Source: Bdellovibrionota bacterium
GTDB lineage: Bacteria; Bdellovibrionota; UBA1018; UBA923
Assembly: GCA_040754655.1 (NCBI GenBank)
Contig: JBFMCE010000050.1
Location: 1 to 30,342 of the forward strand
Reading direction: 5' to 3'
DNA: 30,342 nt
The notes beneath the pieces are model-generated. The model did not search any database and was not told the DNA's origin. It saw only the letters and a program-made list of their open reading frames with translations. This document shows, piece by piece, positions 1 through 8,637 of this stretch. The number at the start of each line of letters is the position of its first letter. The stretch's first letter is position 1. The position numbers were made by a program, and so were the translations under genes.

Positions 1-99
1 CGACCGTCCGGTAGCCTCATAAAATCACGTTCAATCCGAGGATCCGCCAACAGTGGGGATAACATCGCGAAAAATAACAGCAACACGCGCAAATAAAAT

Positions 100-792
100 C
101 TAGCGAACTTTTTTGGATTTTTTATAAAATTCGAGAACCTTTTGAGCATACGCGTCACCTTCTTTGCCGCGGCTATTGTAATGGGCGATCATGGTCTTGG
201 AATTTCGCTTGGAATTATCAGTGATTTGAGAAAATTTATGACCTAGCAACCTGGTGCCAAGAGCCACATTGATGATGGGATCAAGCTTTTCTGCCTTCTC
301 AACATGATTGAGTTGCTTTCGCATTTCAATCCACCCTTTCTTATTGGGGAATCCGCCGAGAATGCGAAGAGACTGATCGGTAACTTGCATCAAACCTTCC
401 GCAGTACTACCTTTGACCTTAGAGCGTGCATTCGGATTAAAGGTCGATTCTACTGCAATTAAAGCTTTGATCATAAGAGGATCGAGATCATCTGGGAACG
501 GAACTCCCTGGGATTTCCAATAGTCGATCCAAAACTGAATAAGCGTATCGTATTCCGAGCCTTTGTCCTTGAAATCAACAATCTCAGGCAGAGAGGAATA
601 AACTTTTTTCGAGTTCCAAAATAAATAATGAATATTTTCGTGCAACAGGCCAGAGCTAATTTTCCCTCGATTCCGTCGGACATGAGCATCGACCCATGTT
701 GTCGTTCCAGAATGACACGTTCTTTCATGCCCTCGCACAACATGGTAACCAGGCGGACACATTTCTGACGAATCTGGCCGTCGTAATGGCAA
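100..792 (-). CDS. SLT-family lytic transglycosylase domain protein with Cys/His/Arg-rich N-terminus, no signal peptide
   Basis: SLT motifs: ALIAVES (catalytic Glu) followed by TFNPNA, GLMQ, and AHYNS (AYNAG-like). TTG start preceded by AGAGGT. Confidence 0.8.
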   Translation of the reverse strand: MPLRRPDSSEMCPPGYHVVRGHERTCHSGTTTWVDAHVRRNRGKISSGLLHENIHYLFWNSKKVYSSLPEIVDFKDKGSEYDTLIQFWIDYWKSQGVPFPDDLDPLMIKALIAVESTFNPNARSKVKGSTAEGLMQVTDQSLRILGGFPNKKGWIEMRKQLNHVEKAEKLDPIINVALGTRLLGHKFSQITDNSKRNSKTMIAHYNSRGKEGDAYAQKVLEFYKKSKKVR

Positions 793-807
793 AAGTAACC
801 TCTAAAG

Positions 808-1110
808 TTATGCTACATCGACTTTAAAATCGATTTCTAGACGTTCGGCGAGGTCCATTAGCTTGTCTACCGTAAAAAGATCAATACGGTATTTTACGAT
901 CTCATTAATTCTAGATGGATCTACTTTTAGTTGGCGCGCCAAGTGAGCTTGGGAGATTTTATTCTTAATCAAATAGATGACAAACTTCTCACAAAGTTTG
1001 TATTTTAAACGATCTGCCTTAGAAGCATTTTCTGGAAGCGTGTGCGATGGCTCGACAGACGCTAATTTTGATCGAACTTTTTTAAGATCTTTTTCACTCG
1101 GAAATCCCAT
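808..1110 (-). CDS. XRE-family HTH protein, HigA-like antitoxin candidate
   Basis: ISQAHLARQLKVDPSRINEIVKYRIDLFTVDKL is an XRE helix-turn-helix; 100 aa, 2 bp downstream of a 101-aa gene. Confidence 0.8.
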   Translation of the reverse strand: MGFPSEKDLKKVRSKLASVEPSHTLPENASKADRLKYKLCEKFVIYLIKNKISQAHLARQLKVDPSRINEIVKYRIDLFTVDKLMDLAERLEIDFKVDVA

Positions 1111-1112
1111 AA

Positions 1113-1418
1113 TCAGCCTTTCTTTCTGTCACGAAATGCGTTGACCACACCCACGTAAATCGCGCCACCTTCTAACAGCCAAATTAAGCGATACTGTTTC
1201 GATTCAAGTTCAATCAACGTTGCGAAGTATGAATAAGCTCCGCTTTTCGTTTCTGGTAGCTCGAATCTCCCATCTAGCTTTTTAACCAGCCTCAGAAGTA
1301 ATGGATCGTCGATGTGATCGGAATGCTTCTGCTCATAATGTGGGTCGATAATTACTTCAACAACCTGAACGCCATTTACAGTGATGGGATCAATTTTGTA
1401 CGTTCGCCTGGTGACCAT
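1113..1418 (-). CDS. Small hypothetical protein, putative type II toxin (RelE/BrnT-like)
   Basis: Size, position upstream of an HTH gene, and C-terminal YRLIWLL..IYVGVVNAFR beta pattern typical of RelE/BrnT-like RNases. Family assignment is inference. Confidence 0.55.
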   Translation of the reverse strand: MVTRRTYKIDPITVNGVQVVEVIIDPHYEQKHSDHIDDPLLLRLVKKLDGRFELPETKSGAYSYFATLIELESKQYRLIWLLEGGAIYVGVVNAFRDRKKG

Positions 1419-1426
1419 CTAAAACC

Positions 1427-1457
1427 ATTATAACCAGTATTGCGAAATTTCGCAATA
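1427..1457 (-). promoter_or_regulatory. Sigma70 promoter overlapped by a perfect 20-bp palindromic operator
   Basis: Minus strand TTGCGA (1455-1450), 17-bp spacer, TATAAT (1432-1427). Palindrome TATTGCGAAATTTCGCAATA at 1438-1457. Confidence 0.8.
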
Positions 1458-1484
1458 TACCAGCAATTCTTTTAAATTAGGGAC

Positions 1485-1776
1485 TTACCCGCCAAGATCA
1501 GGTTTCGTTTGTACACAAGGACAAGACTGAGGCTCTACTTTCTCGACATGATAGTTGCTCGAAGACCTGTGAGAATAAGTTAATTTTATAAATTTCAGCT
1601 CGGGTAAAAGAAGACTCTGCGTTAAGCTATTCACGGGCATAACTGTGCTATTCCTTTCGTTGAATTTTGGCGTAAGCACCTAAAATTCTACGCAAAGTAG
1701 TCGGTTATGCCCTTTTTCTTTTCCTATTTACTTACCCACCATCAACCGAGAAGATCCCACTTAATGGCCAAGAGCC
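1485..1776 (-). mobile_element. Probable truncated ISL3-family IS remnant (left end plus N-terminal transposase fragment)
   Basis: Minus strand begins GGCTCTT at 1776, an ISL3-like terminus. The ORF from ATG 1640 (MPVNSLTQSLLLPELKFIK...VEKVEPQSCP) resembles ISL3 transposase N-termini up to the first zinc-finger Cys and then stops. Recognised from memory, not by search. Confidence 0.5.
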
Positions 1777-1802
1777 CCGCAAAATCGCATCCTAGGGAAG
1801 TA

Positions 1803-1877
1803 TGGTGGTCCCACCAGGAATCGAACCTGGAACAAAGCTTTAGGAAAGCTCCGTTATATCCATTTAACTATGGGACC
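1803..1877 (-). tRNA. tRNA-Arg (anticodon CCT)
   Basis: GGTCCCA/TGGGACC acceptor stem, D-loop TAGTTAAATGGATA, anticodon arm GAGCT-TTCCTAA-AGCTT, T-arm CCAGGTTCGATTCCTGG, encoded CCA. Confidence 0.97.
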
Positions 1878-2117
1878 CCGTGAATTTACAATAAGACAGC
1901 GATTCTTGCTCTGGGTCAATCTCGGTTAGATTCATAACGTAAAATCACTACCGCCCCTTCACTTACCACATTTGATTCAGCCTTCAAACACTACTCAGGC
2001 CAAAGCCCTTTATCTTGAAGTCCCGGAACAGCTTGCACTCTGCGCAAACCCGTTGACTTTTCCTTCCTATAAATCCAGATACAGTTCTTCAGTTGGCCAT
2101 TTACGAGGAACCCTAGC

Positions 2118-4313
2118 GTGAAACGACTTCCTTTGATCCTCTTTTTTATCTTCATCGGCATTCCCCTGCTCGCTCATAGTGGAGACAGCCCCATTTCTGC
2201 GGGAGGCAAATGTTCTGAATACCTGCTTTCTCCCCGCGACCGGCAAGACGTAGAACCTATTTATCGTCTCGGGTATGGCCAAGAAATGCGCAGGCGTTTG
2301 ACAGAAGCGACCCGTCGCACGGAAGAACGGCTCGGCCCCATCTATCGCAAAGAGATCTATGAGGATCTCAAAAACCTCTTTACCGAACCTCCTGCCCCTA
2401 AGTCGCCTCAAAATGGGTATGAATACAATGGCGTCCACTATGAACTCATCGAGGGGAATGCGCTTCCGAAACTCTCGATGCGACACATAGCTACCGGAGC
2501 GACAAAAAGCGTAGAACTTTCGTCGGTAGAGCCCATCGTAAATCGACCCGATCAATACACTTATCAAATCCTCTCTGTTGATGGAACGTTATCGAATCTT
2601 ATTTACGCAGTTTACGAAAAAAATGGATCTAGTGATGTAAATATTTATGCTTTAGATCTCAATACCGGCAAGAGCCTTCCTATCTATCGCTGCAGTTACT
2701 GCCTTTACAACCTCAGATACTTGGGACACAAAGTAGGTGCCTGGTTGGGCAATAACAACGAATTCTGGATTTCTGGCGACTACTCTCGAACCAAGAACGT
2801 AACCCTCGTAAAAGCGAAATTCAACTCTTCGACCGAAGTGACGATTGAAGAATCGCCAATCGTAAAAGAAGTCTCGCTGTATGGAGACAACACCTCATTT
2901 TCGAATCTAGACGGAGGCATTCTGACTCCAGACTCACGCTTTTTGACGCTTGAGTCACCAAGCCGAGAATACCGTTACAATAAGATCATTTTCACCGAGA
3001 CCGGAACTGAGTTGTACTCAGGATACGAAGGAATTCCTGCCGGAACCAAAGTTGACTTTGCCGTTTACGTTAGCGAAGGAAAGTTCTTAAGGATACTCAG
3101 CCGTGATAGAAAACACTTCTCTATTGAAGAACTCACTTGCAACTCTACCGGATGCAAACGCCGCCAGATTGCCTCTGGTCCCGAAATTCAATTTCTAAAC
3201 GAATTTACGCTAGAAAGTTTCAGCTATAACCTGAAAGCAACCCACGAGAAGATTTACGCTCTCTTGTATAGAGAGCTTCAACCAGAGCTGGTCATTTTTG
3301 ATCTTTCTTCAAAAAGAACCTCTCGCGTCTTCCTTCCCGAAATAAAAAGCGACGCCGGCTTTACAACGGTTGATCCTGCTTCGCCCACGCTAGCGTTCAA
3401 TGGGAAAAATGCGCTCATGGAAAACCTTCAAGTCACTCTTGACCACAAGACACTTGAAATCCTTGAAGTTAAGAACTTGGAGTCGAGGCCATTCAAAGAC
3501 TATGCGATGGAAGTGATGTACTCAAAGTCGCAAGATGGCACTGCCGTTCCGATCACAGTTCTTAAACCAAAAGGCGTCGTGGTTACCCCATCAACGCCGT
3601 TGATGGCCTATGTTTACAGTGAATACGCGACCCCAGGAATTCCTTCCTGGATGGGAAGAGAACATGTCGAGCCCCTCTTAAGACGAGGTCATGTCATCGC
3701 GTTCGCCCATGCCAGAGGCAGCGGCGACTTTGGAACCCCGTGGTACGAAGCGGGATCTCACAAGAACAAAGCGCGGGGCGTCGAGGATTTCGAGAGCGTT
3801 TTAAGAAAGCTGCACGAGTCAGGCATTTCTAGCCCTGATTTCACGGCGATCAAGGGCTTTAGCGCTGGAGGTACAATGATCAGCGTTACACTTGCAAAGA
3901 CCCCTGAGCTTTTCAAAGTTGCCTTTCTTGAGTGGCCTATCACCGACGCTTTGAACTTCGTCAGAGAAACCAAATCTTTTCTTGCGGGGCCTGAGTCATT
4001 GCGGCCCATCGGAAATCCTGACGAGTCTCTTGAAATGAAAAAGATCATCTTTAAAAGATCAGGGTTGCACCTTCTTCAGCCGCCGAAACGCAAAAACATC
4101 GTTTGGTTGACGACCTCTGCCGATGATTTGCAGGTTCCGCCTTCATTTCCTCTAGGCTATGAAACAAAAGCAACACGACTCGGCTATGAAGCTCACCTGT
4201 ACTCTTCGAGCTCGGGCGGTCACCTGGGCTATGAAACACCTGAAAACGGATGGCGGGCTTTGGCATTTGAATATTCATTGCTTGAACACGCCTTCAAGAA
4301 GGAATCAGAATAG
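2118..4313 (+). CDS. Exported S9 (prolyl oligopeptidase family) serine peptidase
   Basis: Signal peptide; beta-rich N-half; SQDGTAVP, HARGSGDFGTPWY, nucleophile GFSAGG, ADDLQV (Asp), GGHLG (His). Confidence 0.88.
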   Translation: MKRLPLILFFIFIGIPLLAHSGDSPISAGGKCSEYLLSPRDRQDVEPIYRLGYGQEMRRRLTEATRRTEERLGPIYRKEIYEDLKNLFTEPPAPKSPQNGYEYNGVHYELIEGNALPKLSMRHIATGATKSVELSSVEPIVNRPDQYTYQILSVDGTLSNLIYAVYEKNGSSDVNIYALDLNTGKSLPIYRCSYCLYNLRYLGHKVGAWLGNNNEFWISGDYSRTKNVTLVKAKFNSSTEVTIEESPIVKEVSLYGDNTSFSNLDGGILTPDSRFLTLESPSREYRYNKIIFTETGTELYSGYEGIPAGTKVDFAVYVSEGKFLRILSRDRKHFSIEELTCNSTGCKRRQIASGPEIQFLNEFTLESFSYNLKATHEKIYALLYRELQPELVIFDLSSKRTSRVFLPEIKSDAGFTTVDPASPTLAFNGKNALMENLQVTLDHKTLEILEVKNLESRPFKDYAMEVMYSKSQDGTAVPITVLKPKGVVVTPSTPLMAYVYSEYATPGIPSWMGREHVEPLLRRGHVIAFAHARGSGDFGTPWYEAGSHKNKARGVEDFESVLRKLHESGISSPDFTAIKGFSAGGTMISVTLAKTPELFKVAFLEWPITDALNFVRETKSFLAGPESLRPIGNPDESLEMKKIIFKRSGLHLLQPPKRKNIVWLTTSADDLQVPPSFPLGYETKATRLGYEAHLYSSSSGGHLGYETPENGWRALAFEYSLLEHAFKKESE

Positions 4314-4327
4314 GCACAAGCTTTGCT
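4312..4327 (+). promoter_or_regulatory. Putative sigma54 (-24/-12) promoter for the SDR gene
   Basis: AGGCACAAGCTTTGCT has exact GG-N10-GC spacing and lies 70 bp upstream of the ATG at 4398. Confidence 0.55.
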
Positions 4328-4397
4328 AAAGATCCCCATACCAATGAACAATTCCCCAAACCTGGTCTTCTTTTTCTAACGCAGAGGTGTTCTAAAC

Positions 4398-5276
4398 ATG
4401 GCTGAAATCAAAGGACTCAATCAAAACCAAACCCCTCCTCCTCAAACCCAATCCAAACAGCCAGGCAGTGAAAGAAAGATGCACCCTCGCCCCTTAGATG
4501 AAAAGTCAGATTACAGGGCCAGCGCAAAACTCGAAGGCAAAGTCGCTCTCATCACAGGCGGTGACAGCGGCATCGGGCGAGCAGTTGCCTTGCTCTATGC
4601 AAAAGAGGGCGCCGATATTTCTATTATTTATCTCAATGAACACGATGATGCAAAAGAGACTCAAAAACGCGTGGAAGCGCTTGGCCGGCGCTGTCTTTTG
4701 ATCTCAGGCGACGTTGGAGACGAGCGCTTTTGCGGCCAATCAGTAGAGGAAACAGTCAACCGACTAGGCCATCTTGATATTTTGGTGAACAACGCTGCTG
4801 AACAACACACTCAAGCTAAACTTGAAGACATCAGCGCCGAGCAGCTTGAAAAAACTTTTCGCACAAATATCTTCGGATATGTCTACATGGCAAAGGCAGC
4901 ACTCAAGCACTTGCCTCAAAGAGGTTCGATCATCAACACCGCCTCGATCACGGCCTTCCGAGGGAAACCCAATTTAATTGATTATTCCGCCACTAAAGGC
5001 GCCATTGTCGCCTTCACTCGGTCGCTTTCACAGTCTCTTCGTGAAAAACAGATTCGAGTCAACGCCGTGGCTCCCGGCCCCGTATGGACCCCGCTCATCC
5101 CCTCTTCTTTCGATAAAAAGGAAGTCAGCGAGTTTGGAGAAAATACTTTTCTCGGGCGACCAGCAGAACCTTCTGAAATCGCTCCTTGTTATGTTTTCTT
5201 AGCGTCAGATGCAGACTCTCTCTTAATGACTGGCCAGACGCTGCATCCCAACGGCGGCGAAGTCATCGCGGCGTAA
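4398..5276 (+). CDS. SDR-family NAD(P)-dependent oxidoreductase (general stress protein 39 / YghA-like)
   Basis: TGGDSGIGRA, NNAA, YSATKG, VAPGPVWTP, and the Pro/Gln-rich N-terminus of this subfamily. SD AGAGGT. Confidence 0.93.
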   Translation: MAEIKGLNQNQTPPPQTQSKQPGSERKMHPRPLDEKSDYRASAKLEGKVALITGGDSGIGRAVALLYAKEGADISIIYLNEHDDAKETQKRVEALGRRCLLISGDVGDERFCGQSVEETVNRLGHLDILVNNAAEQHTQAKLEDISAEQLEKTFRTNIFGYVYMAKAALKHLPQRGSIINTASITAFRGKPNLIDYSATKGAIVAFTRSLSQSLREKQIRVNAVAPGPVWTPLIPSSFDKKEVSEFGENTFLGRPAEPSEIAPCYVFLASDADSLLMTGQTLHPNGGEVIAA

Positions 5277-5363
5277 GAGAACTTTCAAGTTGCCTGAGGA
5301 GAGGGACAATGGCGTGGCGTGCCCTATCTATTCACCATGCTCATCCGACCACCATGACGCTCA

Positions 5364-6500
5364 TCACGGTCCATGAGTCATGCTTTCAATTCTCATTTCA
5401 AAGGCATGCTTTTCGATCGCGCTTCCATCCACCGGAATTGCCCACAATTCCGCATTCCCGCACGCGACATAGGAAGCAAAGACCACATCCCCAATCCGAT
5501 GCACCTTGCTAAACGTGTAGCCTTGGCACTGAGCGGGCGTGCTCTCACAAAGAATCTGCCGGTCTTCTACTGCGATACAGCTCTTGTTTTCGGCAGGATA
5601 CCAAGTGAGCGCAGTCGTCGAGTCTTCAAAAGACCCAAACGAAACATCGATGACTATGCCCGGCAGATCACGCAATTCATTGGCCTGAGCTGAAACCAAC
5701 GAATAGCGAGCCTCTCTCGCTTTAAGGTCTTTTGTCTGAGAAAGATCGCCTGATCCGATCACGAGCACCTGATCTTTTTCAGATTTCGCGGCAATAGGGT
5801 TGGGAACATCGATGGGCATCGTGAACTCGAGTGCAAGACTGCGGATATCAATGATCGCAAGGCCTGACTGGGGTTCTGGGGCCCAGACCCTGCCTCTTGC
5901 CAAACGCTGCGCTACCACTGCCATGCGCCCTCCGCTAAGCCACAAGATCTGAGAGAGCTCAGCAGACGAGTCTGACGGATCTTTGAGCGTGCCCAGATCG
6001 ATACCACCCACACGCTGAGACAGATCAGCCGAAAAGACATCAACGGTATTTGACTCAAAACTGCTCACCCAAACCCTGCCAAGGCTATCACGAGTTGCGT
6101 ACTGAGGGTTTGAACCCTCAGGAAGCTCAATGCGCTTTTCAATCTGGCCATCTTGCCCCTTAAGCCTGCTCAAAGAATCTTTCGTCTGACGGGTGAGCAT
6201 GAAAATGCCGTCGTTTCCATCAGTCAAGAGCCTCACGTCATTTCCGGTGACAAGAATCTCTTTTGACTTTGAATCTGACTTGAGATCAAGGCGAAAAAGT
6301 TTTCCGCCATTTTGGTAATTGGTAGTTGAGAGCCAAAGCCCATTTGCCTGGTTCCTTGTTTTTACCCGTATGTTCTCACTGAACTGCACGGTTGCGCTGC
6401 CAAGCTTCTGAGGTTTTCCCCCACAACTTGTGAAGCTCAAAACGCTAACAACAACCACGTTTGAAATCAAAATGCGCAAAATACGCTGACTGTTTTTCAT
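5364..6500 (-). CDS. Beta-propeller (YncE/BtuG-like) lipoprotein, probable cobalamin-uptake accessory
   Basis: Lipobox FTSC; repeated beta-blade pattern (GSNPQ, GRVWVSS, GLAIID); 4-bp overlap with the upstream receptor gene under a B12 riboswitch. Confidence 0.7.
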   Translation of the reverse strand: MKNSQRILRILISNVVVVSVLSFTSCGGKPQKLGSATVQFSENIRVKTRNQANGLWLSTTNYQNGGKLFRLDLKSDSKSKEILVTGNDVRLLTDGNDGIFMLTRQTKDSLSRLKGQDGQIEKRIELPEGSNPQYATRDSLGRVWVSSFESNTVDVFSADLSQRVGGIDLGTLKDPSDSSAELSQILWLSGGRMAVVAQRLARGRVWAPEPQSGLAIIDIRSLALEFTMPIDVPNPIAAKSEKDQVLVIGSGDLSQTKDLKAREARYSLVSAQANELRDLPGIVIDVSFGSFEDSTTALTWYPAENKSCIAVEDRQILCESTPAQCQGYTFSKVHRIGDVVFASYVACGNAELWAIPVDGSAIEKHAFEMRIESMTHGP

Positions 6501-8224
6501 AGAACAACCTCCAACTGCAAACGCACTTCGCGCTGCATGAATTCTGGCTCGATAATATTCGTTCCGGCAGTCCCCTCAAATTGCAACGGCTGGGTCGCAT
6601 CAGGATAAAGCACAAGGTTTTTTGCCACCAATCTTAGGTCCCACGTTTTCTTTTGATAGCCTACGAAGGCCCCCGCTCGATGAAGTGCAGGAAGCCTTAG
6701 CAACCCCACCGAATCTCGCGCCTCTTCACTTCGGTAATGGTAAGTGGTTCCAAAAAAAACACGGCCCAAGGCGTATTCCGCCTCAGACTTGGCACTTAGG
6801 GCGGGCCTGCCCGGGACGTCGTGACCTCGCTGCCAATTGATCTGAGAATCATTCAAAGCAATTTGATATGTGACAGCGCCAAGCCATTTCATTTTTTCAA
6901 AGTAAGCTTCAGTTTTCAGCTCAGCACCTCTTGCCCAAACCCCTTCAATGGGAAGCGTTCTTGCCTCTACCGGCGAAGTGCCCACTTGCACTGGCGAGTT
7001 TTGACTTTCTTCCGAAAAGACGTGCGCTGAAATAAAAACAGATTCTGTTGACCACCACGGCCCGGTCTCTAGGCGAATCCCGGTTTCACTCGGCAAATCG
7101 AGAGACTCTTTTAATAGGGCGCCGTCGCCAAACCGCTGAATAGCTGTCGGTGTGATAGCATACCTGCGCGCTCTTGCAGCAACCCCGATTGGAATTCTTT
7201 TAGTAGAAGAAAGCTCGGCACCCACGTCCCAAATAAGGTCTGTCTTCTTTGTTTTAAGCGCTGTCTTGTCTTCGAAAACCTCTGAGAGCGCGTGTGCAGA
7301 GAGCTCTAGCCACCGGTTTTTCAAGTTTTCAAGGCGTGCCCTGCCTTTAAGAGAAGAGCGCGAAAACGACAGGTTTTGTCCGCCAAAATACGTCCTCTCT
7401 AAAGACTCATGGTACCCATCAAGGGTTGTAGAGACTTTGCCGCCCCACTGGGCGCGCAGCTGCGCGCCTCCCTTTATGCCATCTGTTGAGCTTGAAGTTT
7501 GATTCAAAGCCCTTGCTTCATACTCTGATTCTTGGATCTGACCATAAGGCAAAACCTCAAACTGCCCGACCGTCAGTTTTGATGAACCAAGCCACTGAGA
7601 CTGTTGTTTTTCACCAAGCATGCGTTGGCTTGCTCGCACATTCGAAAGGCGCCCATCTCTTTCGAGGATCGCGGTCCATTCTTTCTGATAGGCCCTGAGC
7701 TTGACATGGTGCTGTTCGTCTTTGTTTTGAAACGAACGAACCGAATCGTCGCGCTTGTCTTGAAAGGTTCCGCCATTATCCCAATAACGAATATCTCTGC
7801 GATCTCTTGCAAGCCCCGCTTCAATTTCAACATCAGTCTTTGAGAGTTTACCTAAGAGGCGCGCCTTGAGCCTTTGGTCTTGCGAAAGATCTATTTTGAA
7901 TTGTGTAACCCAGTTTCTTTTTTCTAACTCAGGCTTAAGTCTCCAAACGTTGTTACGCCGATGGATAGAAAGATCTTCGGTGCCTTCCAAGGTTTTAAGC
8001 TCAATGCCAAGCTCATTGACCGGGGCATCGAGCACCTTAGCCCCGACTCCGGCTTCTGCTTGAATGGTCTCTTGTTTTCGAGGTTGCGTTTGAGCTGGCC
8101 TCTCAGCCTCAATCACGACTTGAGGCGCAACATAGGCTTCAGTCTGCTGTGTTTCTTGCTGAGCATGTGCCAGCTCACCTGATCCAAGGCACCCCAGAAA
8201 GAGCGCCAAAACAAAATGCTTCAT
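6497..8224 (-). CDS. TonB-dependent receptor-like outer-membrane beta-barrel, probable cobalamin transporter
   Basis: Signal peptide, TonB-box-like VVIEAER, amphipathic beta strands, LVAKNL and terminal REVRLQLEVVL strand; lies downstream of a cobalamin riboswitch. Confidence 0.75.
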   Translation of the reverse strand: MKHFVLALFLGCLGSGELAHAQQETQQTEAYVAPQVVIEAERPAQTQPRKQETIQAEAGVGAKVLDAPVNELGIELKTLEGTEDLSIHRRNNVWRLKPELEKRNWVTQFKIDLSQDQRLKARLLGKLSKTDVEIEAGLARDRRDIRYWDNGGTFQDKRDDSVRSFQNKDEQHHVKLRAYQKEWTAILERDGRLSNVRASQRMLGEKQQSQWLGSSKLTVGQFEVLPYGQIQESEYEARALNQTSSSTDGIKGGAQLRAQWGGKVSTTLDGYHESLERTYFGGQNLSFSRSSLKGRARLENLKNRWLELSAHALSEVFEDKTALKTKKTDLIWDVGAELSSTKRIPIGVAARARRYAITPTAIQRFGDGALLKESLDLPSETGIRLETGPWWSTESVFISAHVFSEESQNSPVQVGTSPVEARTLPIEGVWARGAELKTEAYFEKMKWLGAVTYQIALNDSQINWQRGHDVPGRPALSAKSEAEYALGRVFFGTTYHYRSEEARDSVGLLRLPALHRAGAFVGYQKKTWDLRLVAKNLVLYPDATQPLQFEGTAGTNIIEPEFMQREVRLQLEVVL

Positions 8225-8301
8225 GAGATCTGCGCGGCAATTTTTGCCTGTAAAAAGGAGTAAACGGAAAAAGGTGGTCCCAGAATGATACGAAAAGACA
8301 T
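8221..8301 (-). CDS. 26-aa leader ORF (MSFRIILGPPFSVYSFLQAKIAAQIS) coupled to the receptor gene
   Basis: SD AAAGGAG 5 nt before ATG at 8301; its TGA overlaps the receptor ATG (ATGA at 8224-8221). Confidence 0.6.
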   Translation of the reverse strand: MSFRIILGPPFSVYSFLQAKIAAQIS

Positions 8302-8306
8302 CTTTG

Positions 8307-8455
8307 CTCCTTTGGCCTGATTCCGAGGGCGAATCAAAGGTTTTTTATTTCGGGTATCCTGGCTCATCCGGGTCGTAGTACGTTTACTTCGGCCCAAGAA
8401 TCACAGTTGCGGTCCAGCTGAGGAGTTGCACCTCAATTTCCCCGTTTGGGTTGAA
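8307..8455 (-). promoter_or_regulatory. Cobalamin (B12) riboswitch with SD-sequestering expression platform
   Basis: Minus strand GGGGAA-ATT-GAGGTGCAACTCCTC-AGCTGGACCGCAACTGT...GAGCCAGGATACCCG (B12 box), followed by hairpin CCTTTGATTC-GCCCTCG-GAATCAGGCCAAAGGAG. Confidence 0.92.
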
Positions 8456-8637
8456 TTTGATGAGTCGTTTACGACAAGAGCTGCTGGGTTGTCAATCGAC
8501 GGTGTTAATCAAGTCTTGCGCCCACATCGAGCAGATTTTACCTAGAAACATGGCGAGAAGGCTTGCTCTCTTTATCTCCAGCAAATCCCTGCCTCGCAAA
8601 GTCAATTCTTCGGTCACAAACGACGATAAGAGACCGA

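Noticed and set aside
5186..5693. His-rich plus-strand ORFs after the SDR gene
   Set aside because: They overlap the SDR gene or the antisense lipoprotein gene and have no protein-family features.
8551..8567. Sigma54 promoter TGGCGAGAAGGCTTGCT before the helicase
   Set aside because: Spacing is GG-N11-GC rather than the strict N10.
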